This document shows, in pieces, positions 45,117-54,778 of a stretch of 64,000 bases of DNA. The notes beneath the pieces are model-generated. The model was given only the letters and a program-made list of their open reading frames with translations. It was not told the DNA's origin and did no database searches. This DNA comes from an uncultured Akkermansia sp. GTDB taxonomy: Bacteria > Verrucomicrobiota > Verrucomicrobiia > Verrucomicrobiales > V1-33. The stretch lies in assembly GCA_964523105.1 (NCBI GenBank), contig CAZFZN010000032.1:20570-84569 (forward strand), given 5' to 3'. Made by a program: the position numbers and the translations under genes. Positions within the stretch are counted from its first letter, which is position 1; the number at the start of each line of letters is the position of its first letter.

Positions 45117-45347
45117 AAATTTGGCGGGTCAAAAAGAGCGCGCATCCTGCCGCCTCCCTCCGGGCTGGCAAATGGAAAGCCCGGCTTTCCGACCTCATCC
45201 GTGACGAGCAATAATCGTAACGCAGTCCGTCCCGGCATCAGTGGCGCAGTGCCTCCGGCCTGCCGCTTTGGATTCGATGCAGGCTGGAAGCACTACGGAA
45301 CGGCAGGCCAGAGGTGCCGCGTTACACCGGCAGAGAAATCTGGACTT

Positions 45348-45752
45348 TCAGCGGTCCTCCGGCATGTCACCCTGCCGCCCCGGCATCATGCCGCCGAAGA
45401 CTTTGGCCAGCCGGTCCACGTGTTTGCCGCTGGCGTACCAGCCATAGAGCAGAAAGGCGAGGTGGATGGAGGCGATGGTGGCCCAGATCCAGAACACCAC
45501 GCGCACCCAGCCGTGCTCCTGATAAAAGATCAGCAGCACGGTGCACCAGATGAGACTGCGGATGAACCACTTCTTGAGCCGTTCCTGCAGCATGCCGCGG
45601 AAGGCCTGGAGCACCATCTCCGGGGCCATCTTCATCATGTCCTCCGGCGACATGCCTTCGCCGGCGCCGGGCTGATCGGAAACCAATTCGAGATCGATGA
45701 CTTCGGCCTCCGGCTCCTGCCGCGAGAGTTTGTCGTCCGCTTCGTCCGGCAT
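45348..45752 (-). CDS. Small membrane protein, hypothetical
   Basis: Start chosen at MPDEADDK, just after the upstream stop. Two predicted TM helices (LIWCTVLLIFY, VVFWIWATIASIHLAFLLYGW). Confidence 0.5.
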   Translation of the reverse strand: MPDEADDKLSRQEPEAEVIDLELVSDQPGAGEGMSPEDMMKMAPEMVLQAFRGMLQERLKKWFIRSLIWCTVLLIFYQEHGWVRVVFWIWATIASIHLAFLLYGWYASGKHVDRLAKVFGGMMPGRQGDMPEDR

Positions 45753-45759
45753 GCCAATG

Positions 45760-46674
45760 TCAGGGTTTGGAGGCGGTGATGAGCTTGACCAGCGCCACGG
45801 CTTTGTCGTGAATCTGCTGCACCTGCGCCTGCTCGAACGGCTTGCCCTCCGGCACGTCGAGCTGCACACGGATTTCGTCGATGCCGGTGCGAATGGCGGC
45901 GAGTTGCGGCCGCTTCAGGAGCAGGGGCTCGAAGTCCGCGAGCGTGGCCGAAAAATACTCCGCGAGGTCCTTGCGGGCGAGAGTGGCGGCGCGTTCGGCG
46001 CTGAAAGGCTCGAGGGCGGTCGTGCTGGCGATTTCGAGGCCGCGCAGCCAGCCGCCAATGGAAATGAGATGCGCCATCTCCACGTCGCGCAGCAGCACCA
46101 TCTCCGCCTCCACGTCTTTCTGCGTGGCGGCGAGATCCTCGCGCAGCGATTTCCAGTCGCCCGTGGCGCTGTTTTCCAGAATCGCCTTGGCATGCTCCGT
46201 CACCCGCGCGCCGGCGGAAAGCACTTTCGCATGACGCAGCACCGCGCGCCCGACCTGTTCGAGATCATCCACTTTCTCCGACTGCGCCGCGAGAAAACCA
46301 TCGCCGACGAGCACGCCGAGCGACAGCGCCACGCGCCAGCGCTCCTGCGGCACGGACTTCGGCAAGTCGCGTTTCAGCTTTTCGTAGGGCAGCTGCCCCA
46401 GCAGATCGAGCGACCCGAAAATCTTGCGAATGCTCGGCGCGGTGAACTGGTTCACGCCCAGTTCCTCGCGCAGGTGCTCATCCTCGAGCAAATCCTCGGG
46501 CACCTCCGGGTCCTCTCCCTCCTTCGCGTCCGCCTCCGCCGCTGCTTTGTCAGGATCAGTCGGGCCGGCCTCCGCCTTCTCCGGCGCAGGCGGTTCCGCG
46601 GCAGGCGGGGCCTGGTCCTGAGCCGTCGCGGTCAGGACGAAGCCGGGAATTAAAACGAGGAGCAGAGAACGCAT
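45760..46674 (-). CDS. Secreted hypothetical protein
   Basis: Start reset to MRSLLLVLIPGFVLTATAQ (signal peptide, ATG at 46674). No recognisable family. Confidence 0.55.
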   Translation of the reverse strand: MRSLLLVLIPGFVLTATAQDQAPPAAEPPAPEKAEAGPTDPDKAAAEADAKEGEDPEVPEDLLEDEHLREELGVNQFTAPSIRKIFGSLDLLGQLPYEKLKRDLPKSVPQERWRVALSLGVLVGDGFLAAQSEKVDDLEQVGRAVLRHAKVLSAGARVTEHAKAILENSATGDWKSLREDLAATQKDVEAEMVLLRDVEMAHLISIGGWLRGLEIASTTALEPFSAERAATLARKDLAEYFSATLADFEPLLLKRPQLAAIRTGIDEIRVQLDVPEGKPFEQAQVQQIHDKAVALVKLITASKP

Positions 46675-46925
46675 GGTCGGGAGGGAGGAAGGAGGCTTAT
46701 TATTGGCATCCGCGGGCGTATTACGAGCGGATTTCCCGGGAATGTCAGCCCGGCGGCGGAGCTTACGCATAAAGTCGTAGCAAGGCCGTCCCGGCCTTGT
46801 CGTACAGGCTTGGCCAGGGCCAGAACGCCTCTACTGCGCGTCATTTCGCTCTACTTGCATAAACTCAGGCCCGGTGGCGCGCCTTTCCCGCCGGCACCGC
46901 CGAAACACTTCTAATTCGGTCTGGC

Positions 46926-48149
46926 TTAAAGCGCCTGCCGGAGGATTTCCAGCAGGTCATCGCGCGTCGGCCGGCGCGGATTCAACTGCACGAGCCGTTC
47001 GATGGCGAAGGACTTGTCGGCAAAGCCCGGCAATTGTTCCGCCACGGCGCCGATCTCCCGCAGCCGCGCGGGGATGCCGGTTTCGCGCTTCAACCGCTCC
47101 ACCTCGCGCACCGCCTGTTCCGCCGCCGCCGGCTCGTCCATGCCCTGCACGTCCGCGCCCAGCAGCGCCGCAATGCGCGCGAACTCGCGCTGCCGCACGC
47201 CGAGATTGAAACGCATCACCCACGGCAGCAGCAGCCCGTTGCCCGCACCGTGTGACACATGCAGCGCCGCGCCGATGGGATACTCCAGCGCATGCACGAT
47301 CGACACTCCGCAATTGGAAAACGCCATGCCCGCCAGCGTGGCCGCGAGCGCCATGTTCTCCCGGGCCGGCAAATTGTCAGGCTCCCGCACCGCGGTGACG
47401 AGATTGCCGCCGATGAGCGCGATGGCCCTTTCCGCCAGCAGGTCGCCCAGCGGGGTTTTGCCGGCGTAGGGTGCGACCTGCGCGTCCGGCACGGCCAGCT
47501 GCGCGTGGTCCACGACGGTAAAGGCCTCGATCGCATGTGTCAGGGCATCGATCCCGCTGTCCGCCGTGGCCCGCGGCGGACACGACAGTGTCAGCACCGG
47601 ATCGACCACCGCGAGCGCCGGCCGCAGGTGTTCGCTCAGCGTGCTGACCTTGACCCCGTGCGCCGCATCGGTGAGCACGGCGGAATGCGAAACCTCGCTG
47701 CCCGTGCCCGCGGTGGTGGGCACACAGACGAGCGGCAGCACCGGCCCGGGCACGCGGTCGAACCCGAAATAGTCCTCCGGCGCGCCGCCGTGCGCGAGCA
47801 GCAGAGCCGTGATCTTGGCAAGGTCCATGTTGCTGCCGCCGCCCGCGCCAAGAACGGAGTCGGGCCGAAATTCCCGTGCTGCTGCGAGCGCCCGCTGCGC
47901 CGTTTCCAGCGATGGCTCCGGCTCGCCGCCGTCGAACACACCGCAGGCGATGCCGGACTCTGTCAGGGTCCCGCGAATCCGGTCCCCCACGCCCGCCGCC
48001 GTCAGGTTCCGGTCGGTAATGATCAGCGTGCGTTCAAGTTTCCGGCGCGACAGCAGTCGTCCCAGTTGAGCCGTGGAGCCGGAGCCGAATACCAGCTGCC
48101 CCGCTCCGAAGAAATTCCAGTGAGTGCGCATCGCCTCCGGATATCGCAT
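46926..48149 (-). CDS. Iron-containing (group III) alcohol dehydrogenase
   Basis: GAGGGSNMDLAKI (GGGS motif), metal-binding His region DALTHAIEAF and HALEYPIGAALHVSHGAGN. Start at MRYPEAM (48149) or MRTHW (48131). The track ORF is over-extended. Confidence 0.85.
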   Translation of the reverse strand: MRYPEAMRTHWNFFGAGQLVFGSGSTAQLGRLLSRRKLERTLIITDRNLTAAGVGDRIRGTLTESGIACGVFDGGEPEPSLETAQRALAAAREFRPDSVLGAGGGSNMDLAKITALLLAHGGAPEDYFGFDRVPGPVLPLVCVPTTAGTGSEVSHSAVLTDAAHGVKVSTLSEHLRPALAVVDPVLTLSCPPRATADSGIDALTHAIEAFTVVDHAQLAVPDAQVAPYAGKTPLGDLLAERAIALIGGNLVTAVREPDNLPARENMALAATLAGMAFSNCGVSIVHALEYPIGAALHVSHGAGNGLLLPWVMRFNLGVRQREFARIAALLGADVQGMDEPAAAEQAVREVERLKRETGIPARLREIGAVAEQLPGFADKSFAIERLVQLNPRRPTRDDLLEILRQAL

Positions 48150-48424
48150 GCCCCCGCCCGCGCCAGCAGACAAATCGAATTGGCAAAAGCGTGCGCCTGC
48201 CGGCCATGACCCCCGCGAAAAGGGCCGCGCCAAATGGACCGCGGGCCACGTCTTCAGGAGCCTCGCATGTTGCCGGGGACAATACCAGGCACGGGGAATA
48301 GGCATGGCACGGCAACTTTCCAGAAGCGCTGGCTCGAAGGAGGCCGCGATTACGGCTGTCGAGCGCCGGGCGCGCGAACTGGCCCCGCCCAATATGAGAT
48401 TCGCGCATTATCCATCCTTTCTCC

Positions 48425-50137
48425 ATGAAACACTCCGCCCTGCTTCTCTGCCTCGTTTCCGCGGCTTCAGCTCAATCCCCGCGTTTGCTCCACACATGGG
48501 AACGCCAGCAGCTCACTGACCGCTACTTTTCCGAAGGCATCAATGCCGCGGACATCAACGGCGACGGAAAGACCGACATCATCCACGGGCCGTTCTGGTT
48601 CGCCGGGCCTGACTGGAAGCAGTCGCACGCCATCTATCCGCCGGTGCCGCAGAACCGCGAGGCCTACTCGGACAACTTCTTTTCCTGGCCGCACGACTTC
48701 AATGCCGACGGCCGGCCTGACATTCTCTGCGTGGGCCTGCCGGGTTCACCCGCCGTGGTCTATGAAAACCCCGGCGCCGCGGGCTTCGACAAACCCTGGC
48801 CGAAGCGCCAGGTCTTCGAGTGGGTGTCCAATGAATCGCCGCACTTCATGGACCTGACCGGCGACGGGAAGCCGGAACTGATCTGCACTTACAAGGGTGT
48901 CTTCGGTTATGCTTCACCGAACTGGAGCGACCCCGGGGCCGCGTGGACGTGGCATCCCGTCTCTGAAAAAATCGCCGCAGAGCGGTTCGGGCACGGCCTC
49001 GGCGCGGGCGACGTGAACAGCGATGGGCGGCTCGATCTCCTCATGCAGTCAGGGTGGTTCGAGCAGCCCGCGGCGCGCGGCGCACTGTGGAAGCTGCACG
49101 AGGTGCCGTTCGCGCAGCGTGGAGGCGCGGAGATGTTCGCCTATGACGTGGACGGCGACGGCGACAGCGACGTCATCACCAGCCTCGCGGCGCACGAGTT
49201 CGGCCTCTCGTGGTGGGAGCAAAGCGGCAGTGAATGGAAGGAGCACCTCATCATGGGCGACCGCCCCGCGCTGAATGCCTACGGAGTGGTCTTCAGCGAA
49301 CTCCATTCCGTCCAACTCGCCGACATGGACGGCGACGGACTCAAGGACATCGTGACCGGCAAGACCTACTGGTCGCACCACCGCAAGTCGCCCGGCTGGG
49401 ATGACGGCGCGGTCGTTTACTGGTTCAAGCTGGTGCGCGGGCCGAAGGGCGTGGACTGGGTGCCCGTGAAAGCCGATGGCGAAGCCGGCATCGGGCGGCA
49501 GATTGTCATCGCCGATGTGAATGCGGACCAGCTGCCTGACATTCTCACCGGCGGCATGGTCGGCGCGCACGTGCTGCTGCACCGCACCAAAGAAGTCAGC
49601 GAGGCCGACTGGCTCGCGGCGCAGCCGAAGCGGGTGGAGTTGAAAGAGACCCCTCCCTTGCGCGGCGCACCGGCGCCCCTCAATGAACAAACCGGAGCCG
49701 TGGCCGGCGCGGCGGAGGCGGAGTCTCTCACCGTCAAAGCCAGCAAGGGCACCACCGCGGCGCAGAACATGAAAGGATTCGCCGGCGCCAAATGGAGCGG
49801 CGGTGCCCAGCTCTTCTGGCGCGGCGGCGGCGTGGGAGACACCATGGAAATGGAACTCACCGCGCCCGCCGCGGGCGATTACATGCTGGAAAGCGTCTTC
49901 ACTGTCGCCCCCGACTACGCCATCGTGCAACTGGCGCTCGACGGACGCGACCTCGGCGCGCCGCTCGATCTTTACGACTTCTCCAAAGTCGCCACCACCG
50001 GCGTTATCAGCCACGCCACGGGCCAACTGGAGGCCGGTCCTCACAAATTCACCGTCCGCATCACCGGGGCCAATCCCCGCGCGCAGCAGTCGCGCTTTGT
50101 CGGACTCGATTACGTCAGACTCACGCCTTTGAAGTGA
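48425..50137 (+). CDS. Secreted FG-GAP/VCBS repeat (beta-propeller) protein with a C-terminal beta-sandwich-like domain
   Basis: Signal peptide. At least seven D-x-[ND]-x-D-G-x-x-D repeats (DINGDGKTD, DFNADGRPD, DLTGDGKPE, DVNSDGRLD, DVDGDGDSD, DMDGDGLKD, DVNADQLPD). Confidence 0.8.
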   Translation: MKHSALLLCLVSAASAQSPRLLHTWERQQLTDRYFSEGINAADINGDGKTDIIHGPFWFAGPDWKQSHAIYPPVPQNREAYSDNFFSWPHDFNADGRPDILCVGLPGSPAVVYENPGAAGFDKPWPKRQVFEWVSNESPHFMDLTGDGKPELICTYKGVFGYASPNWSDPGAAWTWHPVSEKIAAERFGHGLGAGDVNSDGRLDLLMQSGWFEQPAARGALWKLHEVPFAQRGGAEMFAYDVDGDGDSDVITSLAAHEFGLSWWEQSGSEWKEHLIMGDRPALNAYGVVFSELHSVQLADMDGDGLKDIVTGKTYWSHHRKSPGWDDGAVVYWFKLVRGPKGVDWVPVKADGEAGIGRQIVIADVNADQLPDILTGGMVGAHVLLHRTKEVSEADWLAAQPKRVELKETPPLRGAPAPLNEQTGAVAGAAEAESLTVKASKGTTAAQNMKGFAGAKWSGGAQLFWRGGGVGDTMEMELTAPAAGDYMLESVFTVAPDYAIVQLALDGRDLGAPLDLYDFSKVATTGVISHATGQLEAGPHKFTVRITGANPRAQQSRFVGLDYVRLTPLK

Positions 50138-50182
50138 GGCCAGGCGGCAACACCCGGCCACCGGACCACTCCGTGGTTCCAG

Positions 50183-52705
50183 CTACGACTCGCCGCGCAG
50201 AATGGCCAGCGGGGGATGGCTGGCGATGCCGCGGCTCAGCGCCATGCCCAGGGCGGCGGTCAACCCGGACACCAGTCCGACCGCCGCAAAGAGCGGCCAG
50301 TGCCAGGTATTGAAGGGAATCTCGAACACCTGCCACGACAGCAGCCAGCCGAAACCCAGCGACAGCAGCGCTCCGGTCACGGCCGCCAGCAGGCCCAGCA
50401 GCAGATACTCCGTCACCAGAATGCGTCGAATCTGCGGGCGCGACGCTCCCAGCGTGCGCAGCAGCACACTTTCCTCCGCCCGGTCGCGCCGGCCTGACAA
50501 CAGCACCGCGACGATGATGACGAGTCCGGTCAGAACCGTGAGCAGCGACAGCCAGTGCACCACTTTCGAGCCGCGGGCGATGAGTTTCTCGACGATCAGG
50601 CTGATGTTCGCGATGTCGAAAATGGTCACCCCGGGCAGCGCGGCGGTGAGTTCCCGCTGCGCCCGCACCCCGTGCGCCGCGTCCCTGATTCGCGCGGCCG
50701 CGGCATAGGTCACCACCAGCCCGGCAGGCACGCGCTCCTTGAACAGCACCGGGAAATTGTCCAGCATCCGCTCGATGTCCGCCTCGTGCAGCGCCTGCAC
50801 TTTGCAGAGGAACTCCCGTCCGTTGTGACTGAACGCGACCTCGTCGCCGGCCTCCACTTTGAGGTTCTCCGCCAGCCCCTTTTCCATGGTGATCTCCAGC
50901 GGCGCGCCCTCCTCCGCCTGCGGCAGCGCCGGATCCCATGACACCCGGTAGATGTGTGTCAGGAACCAGCTGTTGATGCGGCGTCGCCCCTTCACATCCT
51001 GAAGTTCGCTGAGAGACTTGCCGTTGACGCTGCGCAGGCCCATCACCGCCACCGGCGCCTGACCGAGCAGCTCCGCGCCGGAGCGCTCCAACGCCGCCGC
51101 GGCCGTGTCGCGCTGATCCGGCGCGATGTTGATGGCGAAGAAATTCGCCTTCATGCGCACGTCCCAGCTGTTCAGATAACTTGTCAGCATGGATTCCGCC
51201 ATCAGCGTGGAAAGCACCATCGAGACTCCGGTGCCGACACTGAGCAGAAAGAGCATCGTCTGATTGCGCGGACGGTGCAGACCCGCCAGTCCCATGCGCA
51301 GCGTGAACGGCCAGCCGGGTCTGACAATTTTACGCGCCAGCCACATCACCAGTTTCGCGGCCCCGGCCAGCAGCAGCATGCCTGCGGCCAGCGCCGCGCA
51401 AAATCCCAGACCGACCTCCGCCCGCCGCGGAGGACTGAGCATCACCGCCAGCCAAACCAGACCTCCCGCGACCAGCGGCAGCACGAGCCACGTCACCGGA
51501 TCGCGCCAGAGACTGACGCCGCCCGTCACCGGCGCGCGCACCGCCGCCAGCGCCGGCACCCGCCGCACACACAGCAGCGGCAGCAGCGCAACACTAACAC
51601 AAAGCACGAATCCAAATCCCATCGCCTGCCCCGCGACGCCCGCACTCACCTGCGCCTCCACCGGCACCGGCAGCAGTCCTTTCAGCAGCGACGCCGCCCC
51701 ATGCACCGCCGCCGCGCCCAGCAGCACGCCGCCCGCCGCGCCGGCCAGTCCCAGCCAGATGCCCTGGATGACATACACCGCCATCGCTCGTCCCGGCGTG
51801 CAGCCCAGACAGCGCAGCGTGGCCACCACCGGCAGCCGCTCCGTGGCATGCACGTGAATGGCACTGGCCACACCCAGTCCGCCCAGCACCAGCGCAATGA
51901 ACGCCATCAGGCTCAGGAAGCTGTTCACCATGTTCAGCACGAAGGCGATGCTGCGCTTCCGCGCGGCCACGGTTTCGAGATTCACGCCCTCCGTGCGCAG
52001 CTGCTTTTTGAATTTGTCCGCAAACTCCTTCTCCACGTCATATCCGTCAGGAAAAACCAGCCACCGGCGGTGAAATGTGCCCGCCGCCTCTTCATCCAGC
52101 TTCGCCTCCGCTGCGAGGCGGTGCGCAAAGAACAACTCCGGCGCCACCGCGCTCATCAACGACACCTGCGGCGGCGGACGCCGCAGTACGCCGAGCACCG
52201 GCAGTTCGAGTGCGCCGAGTTTCAGACGGTCTCCCGTGCGCAGCGCGAGCGATTCCTCCAGCACCGTGTCCATCACGAAACCCTCGCCGGCGAGACAGCG
52301 CTCCCACGCGTCCGCCGGCTCGGTCGTTGGCTTTCCAAAATGCGGCCAGCCCTCCTCCACCGAACGCGCCTGCACCAGTTTCGCATCCTCGCGTCCCGCG
52401 ACCCGCGCCATCGCGGTGAACGCCGTTTCCTTCAGAATCTCTACAGGCTGCCCGCGCAGCAGTTCCTCCGCCTCCTCCGACAGCGGCCGCTTCGCATGAA
52501 GATAGGCATCCGCGCCCAGCATCGCCCGCGCCTCGCCTTCCAGGGCCCGCAGCAGGTTGTCCCGCAGCGATCCCACCAGCACCAGCGCCGCAATCCCCGC
52601 CATGATGCTCGCCGAAAACAGCAGCAGCCGCAGACGCGTGCGCCGGCTGTCCCGCCACGCCATGCGCCAGCACCACGGGGAGAAGATATGGAGGAGGAAG
52701 GACAT
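50183..52705 (-). CDS. ABC transporter permease with two FtsX-like domains (YbbP-like), no adjacent ATPase
   Basis: Start reset to MSFLLHIF (ATG at 52705). About 10 TM helices in two MacB/FtsX-type halves separated by periplasmic domains. Confidence 0.75.
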   Translation of the reverse strand: MSFLLHIFSPWCWRMAWRDSRRTRLRLLLFSASIMAGIAALVLVGSLRDNLLRALEGEARAMLGADAYLHAKRPLSEEAEELLRGQPVEILKETAFTAMARVAGREDAKLVQARSVEEGWPHFGKPTTEPADAWERCLAGEGFVMDTVLEESLALRTGDRLKLGALELPVLGVLRRPPPQVSLMSAVAPELFFAHRLAAEAKLDEEAAGTFHRRWLVFPDGYDVEKEFADKFKKQLRTEGVNLETVAARKRSIAFVLNMVNSFLSLMAFIALVLGGLGVASAIHVHATERLPVVATLRCLGCTPGRAMAVYVIQGIWLGLAGAAGGVLLGAAAVHGAASLLKGLLPVPVEAQVSAGVAGQAMGFGFVLCVSVALLPLLCVRRVPALAAVRAPVTGGVSLWRDPVTWLVLPLVAGGLVWLAVMLSPPRRAEVGLGFCAALAAGMLLLAGAAKLVMWLARKIVRPGWPFTLRMGLAGLHRPRNQTMLFLLSVGTGVSMVLSTLMAESMLTSYLNSWDVRMKANFFAINIAPDQRDTAAAALERSGAELLGQAPVAVMGLRSVNGKSLSELQDVKGRRRINSWFLTHIYRVSWDPALPQAEEGAPLEITMEKGLAENLKVEAGDEVAFSHNGREFLCKVQALHEADIERMLDNFPVLFKERVPAGLVVTYAAAARIRDAAHGVRAQRELTAALPGVTIFDIANISLIVEKLIARGSKVVHWLSLLTVLTGLVIIVAVLLSGRRDRAEESVLLRTLGASRPQIRRILVTEYLLLGLLAAVTGALLSLGFGWLLSWQVFEIPFNTWHWPLFAAVGLVSGLTAALGMALSRGIASHPPLAILRGES

Positions 52706-52847
52706 GACTGAGGGAGTGCGGCAGGGGTGAATACGACGACTCCATGCCCCTGTCAGGCAGGAATTTGTCATGTCGCGGAGACGGAACCGATTCAATCACA
52801 CTGCATTTCTGATTGCTCCTCCGCAATGACCCCGCACCATCGCGCTC

Positions 52848-53813
52848 ATGGCATCCAAACGCATTCTTCTTTCCACCACCAGCTACCAGGACACTCCGGG
52901 CGCGCACCACGATGTGCTCAATGCCCAGGGCTATGAAATCGTGCGCGAACGCGGGCCCCTCAACGAGGCGCGGATGCTGGAACTGGCCGGCGAATTCGAT
53001 GGATTCCTCTGCGGCGACGACGAGATCACCGACGCCGTGCTCGCCAAATCGCAGCCGCGGCTCAAGGTGATCAGCAAGTACGGCATCGGGCTGGACAAGA
53101 TTGATCTCAGCGCCTGCAAGGAGCGGCGCATTCCGGTACTCTTCACGCCGGGCGTCAATCACACCACGGTCGCCGAGCACACCTTCTGCCTGCTTCTCGC
53201 GCTGGTGCGCAATCTGGTGGACAGTGTGGTCGCGACGCGCGCCGGAAATTGGAAGCGCATCACCGGCAACGAACTCTGGCACAAGCGCGTCGGCGTCGTC
53301 GGGCTCGGCCGCATCGGTCAGGAAATGGTCAAGCGCTGCCGCGGTTTTGAAATGGAGGTCCACGCGTTCGGCAATTACTGGCCGGAGGACTTCGCACGCG
53401 AACAGTGCATTCAGCGGCATGCCTCGCTCGACGCCATGCTGCCGCATGTGGACATTCTATCGCTGCACACCATGCTGAGCCATGAAACCCGCCATCTCAT
53501 CAATGCCGACCGCATCGCCAAACTGCCGCCGGGCGCCATTCTGGTAAACACTTCGCGCGGTGAACTGGTGGACAGCGCCGCCGTGCTCGCCGCACTCGAC
53601 AGCGGTCATCTCGGCGGCTACGCCACCGATGTTATGGAACAGGAGCCGCCGCCGCCGGATCACCCGTTGCTGAGCCATCCAAAGTGCATCGTCACCCCGC
53701 ACATTGGCAGCCGCACTTACGAAAGCGTCCCCCGTCAGGCCATGCGCGCGACGAAGAACCTCATCAACTTCTTCAACGGCGACGACGATGTGCTCTTCGC
53801 CATCAAGCAGTGA
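52848..53813 (+). CDS. D-isomer-specific 2-hydroxyacid dehydrogenase family protein
   Basis: NAD motif VGVVGLGRIGQEMVKR, with the catalytic region NTSRGELVD ... TPHIGSRT. Confidence 0.85.
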   Translation: MASKRILLSTTSYQDTPGAHHDVLNAQGYEIVRERGPLNEARMLELAGEFDGFLCGDDEITDAVLAKSQPRLKVISKYGIGLDKIDLSACKERRIPVLFTPGVNHTTVAEHTFCLLLALVRNLVDSVVATRAGNWKRITGNELWHKRVGVVGLGRIGQEMVKRCRGFEMEVHAFGNYWPEDFAREQCIQRHASLDAMLPHVDILSLHTMLSHETRHLINADRIAKLPPGAILVNTSRGELVDSAAVLAALDSGHLGGYATDVMEQEPPPPDHPLLSHPKCIVTPHIGSRTYESVPRQAMRATKNLINFFNGDDDVLFAIKQ

Positions 53814-53897
53814 GCGGACTCATTCCGCCGCTCGCGGATCGAGTGGATCACGAATCACCGGGTGGACCTAGCTCTGATTTCCAGCCCCGTGGCGGGG

Positions 53898-54458
53898 TCA
53901 TTGTTTAACGATGCGCGTGCGGAAGAAACGCTTTTGGACATTTCCGGAATAGGTGCCGGGATTGGCCGGCGTCCAGGTGACCATATCGGTACTGCTCTCA
54001 AGCAGCACCTGGTATTGGCCATTGGCGTCCTCCGGAATGACGGCGGCATTGGAAGGCGTGGTGGCGGGTGTGGCCGCGCGGGTGACGGCCATCGTGGCCA
54101 TGCTGTATCCGGAAGGATACCCGGGGCCGCCCGTGGTCAGCACGATGGTGGCTGGTCCAGCGAAGAGGAGTTTTTGACTCAAATTCGGAAAGGCAGTGCC
54201 TGTGGCCTGGCTCGCGGTATAAAGAGGAACAAAGAATTCTCTTTCAGCAGCGGTGACTCTGAGCCGCGAACTGATGTTGGTGATGCCGGGGAGATAGGTG
54301 ACGACTTCCGCACTTTCGCCGGCGGCCAGGGTGAGTGTGGCGGAAATGCCTTCGGCACCGGCGAGGTTCGTGGCGACGAGCGCAACGGCGTCGGTGGCGT
54401 GTGCGGTGAACGGGAGAACAGCGGCAGCAAAAAGGACAGAGGTCAGGAGGGATTTCAT
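53898..54458 (-). CDS. Small secreted hypothetical protein
   Basis: Start reset to MKSLLTSVLFAAAVLPFTAHA (ATG at 54458). The upstream part of the track ORF has no coding-like character. Confidence 0.5.
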   Translation of the reverse strand: MKSLLTSVLFAAAVLPFTAHATDAVALVATNLAGAEGISATLTLAAGESAEVVTYLPGITNISSRLRVTAAEREFFVPLYTASQATGTAFPNLSQKLLFAGPATIVLTTGGPGYPSGYSMATMAVTRAATPATTPSNAAVIPEDANGQYQVLLESSTDMVTWTPANPGTYSGNVQKRFFRTRIVKQ

Positions 54459-54778
54459 AGGAGGGCAGCATTGAAGCGGAATTGAAGGCCGTGAAGCGAA
54501 AAGAAATGAGAGGAAACGGGGTCGGGAGGATGGGGCACGGGCAACGCGCCGGGGCTGGCCTGCGGTCATCCTGCACGCAGGCGGGACACCTCCAACCCGG
54601 CACAGCCAGGATGGACGGTGTTCCGGCACCCATGACTCCGGGGCCGTTCCCCTGCCGTCACGCCGCTGACTTCCTGCCGGGGAGACAGAATCCCATTCTC
54701 CCGCCGCCAGCGGATGGCACATGGTTATCGACGCAGGCACGAGGTTGCGCGACGCCCTCCTGGCAGTAGTGCCCGCAG

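Noticed and set aside
45117-45347. Possible tRNA, T-box or other ncRNA in the 230-nt region upstream of glyQS
   Set aside because: I could not find a T-loop/anticodon-arm pattern or T-box specifier/antiterminator features by eye. No call can be supported without a covariance-model search.
46775-46810. Hairpin caaggccg-tcc-cggccttg downstream of the Fe-ADH gene as an intrinsic terminator
   Set aside because: The loop is only 3 nt and no U-tract follows on the relevant strand, so it is too weak to annotate.
52092-53447. 451-aa minus-strand ORF overlapping the ftsX-like start and the 2-hydroxyacid dehydrogenase gene
   Set aside because: It is antisense to a dehydrogenase with clear NAD-binding and catalytic motifs. 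Its composition is Gly/Ala/Arg-rich.
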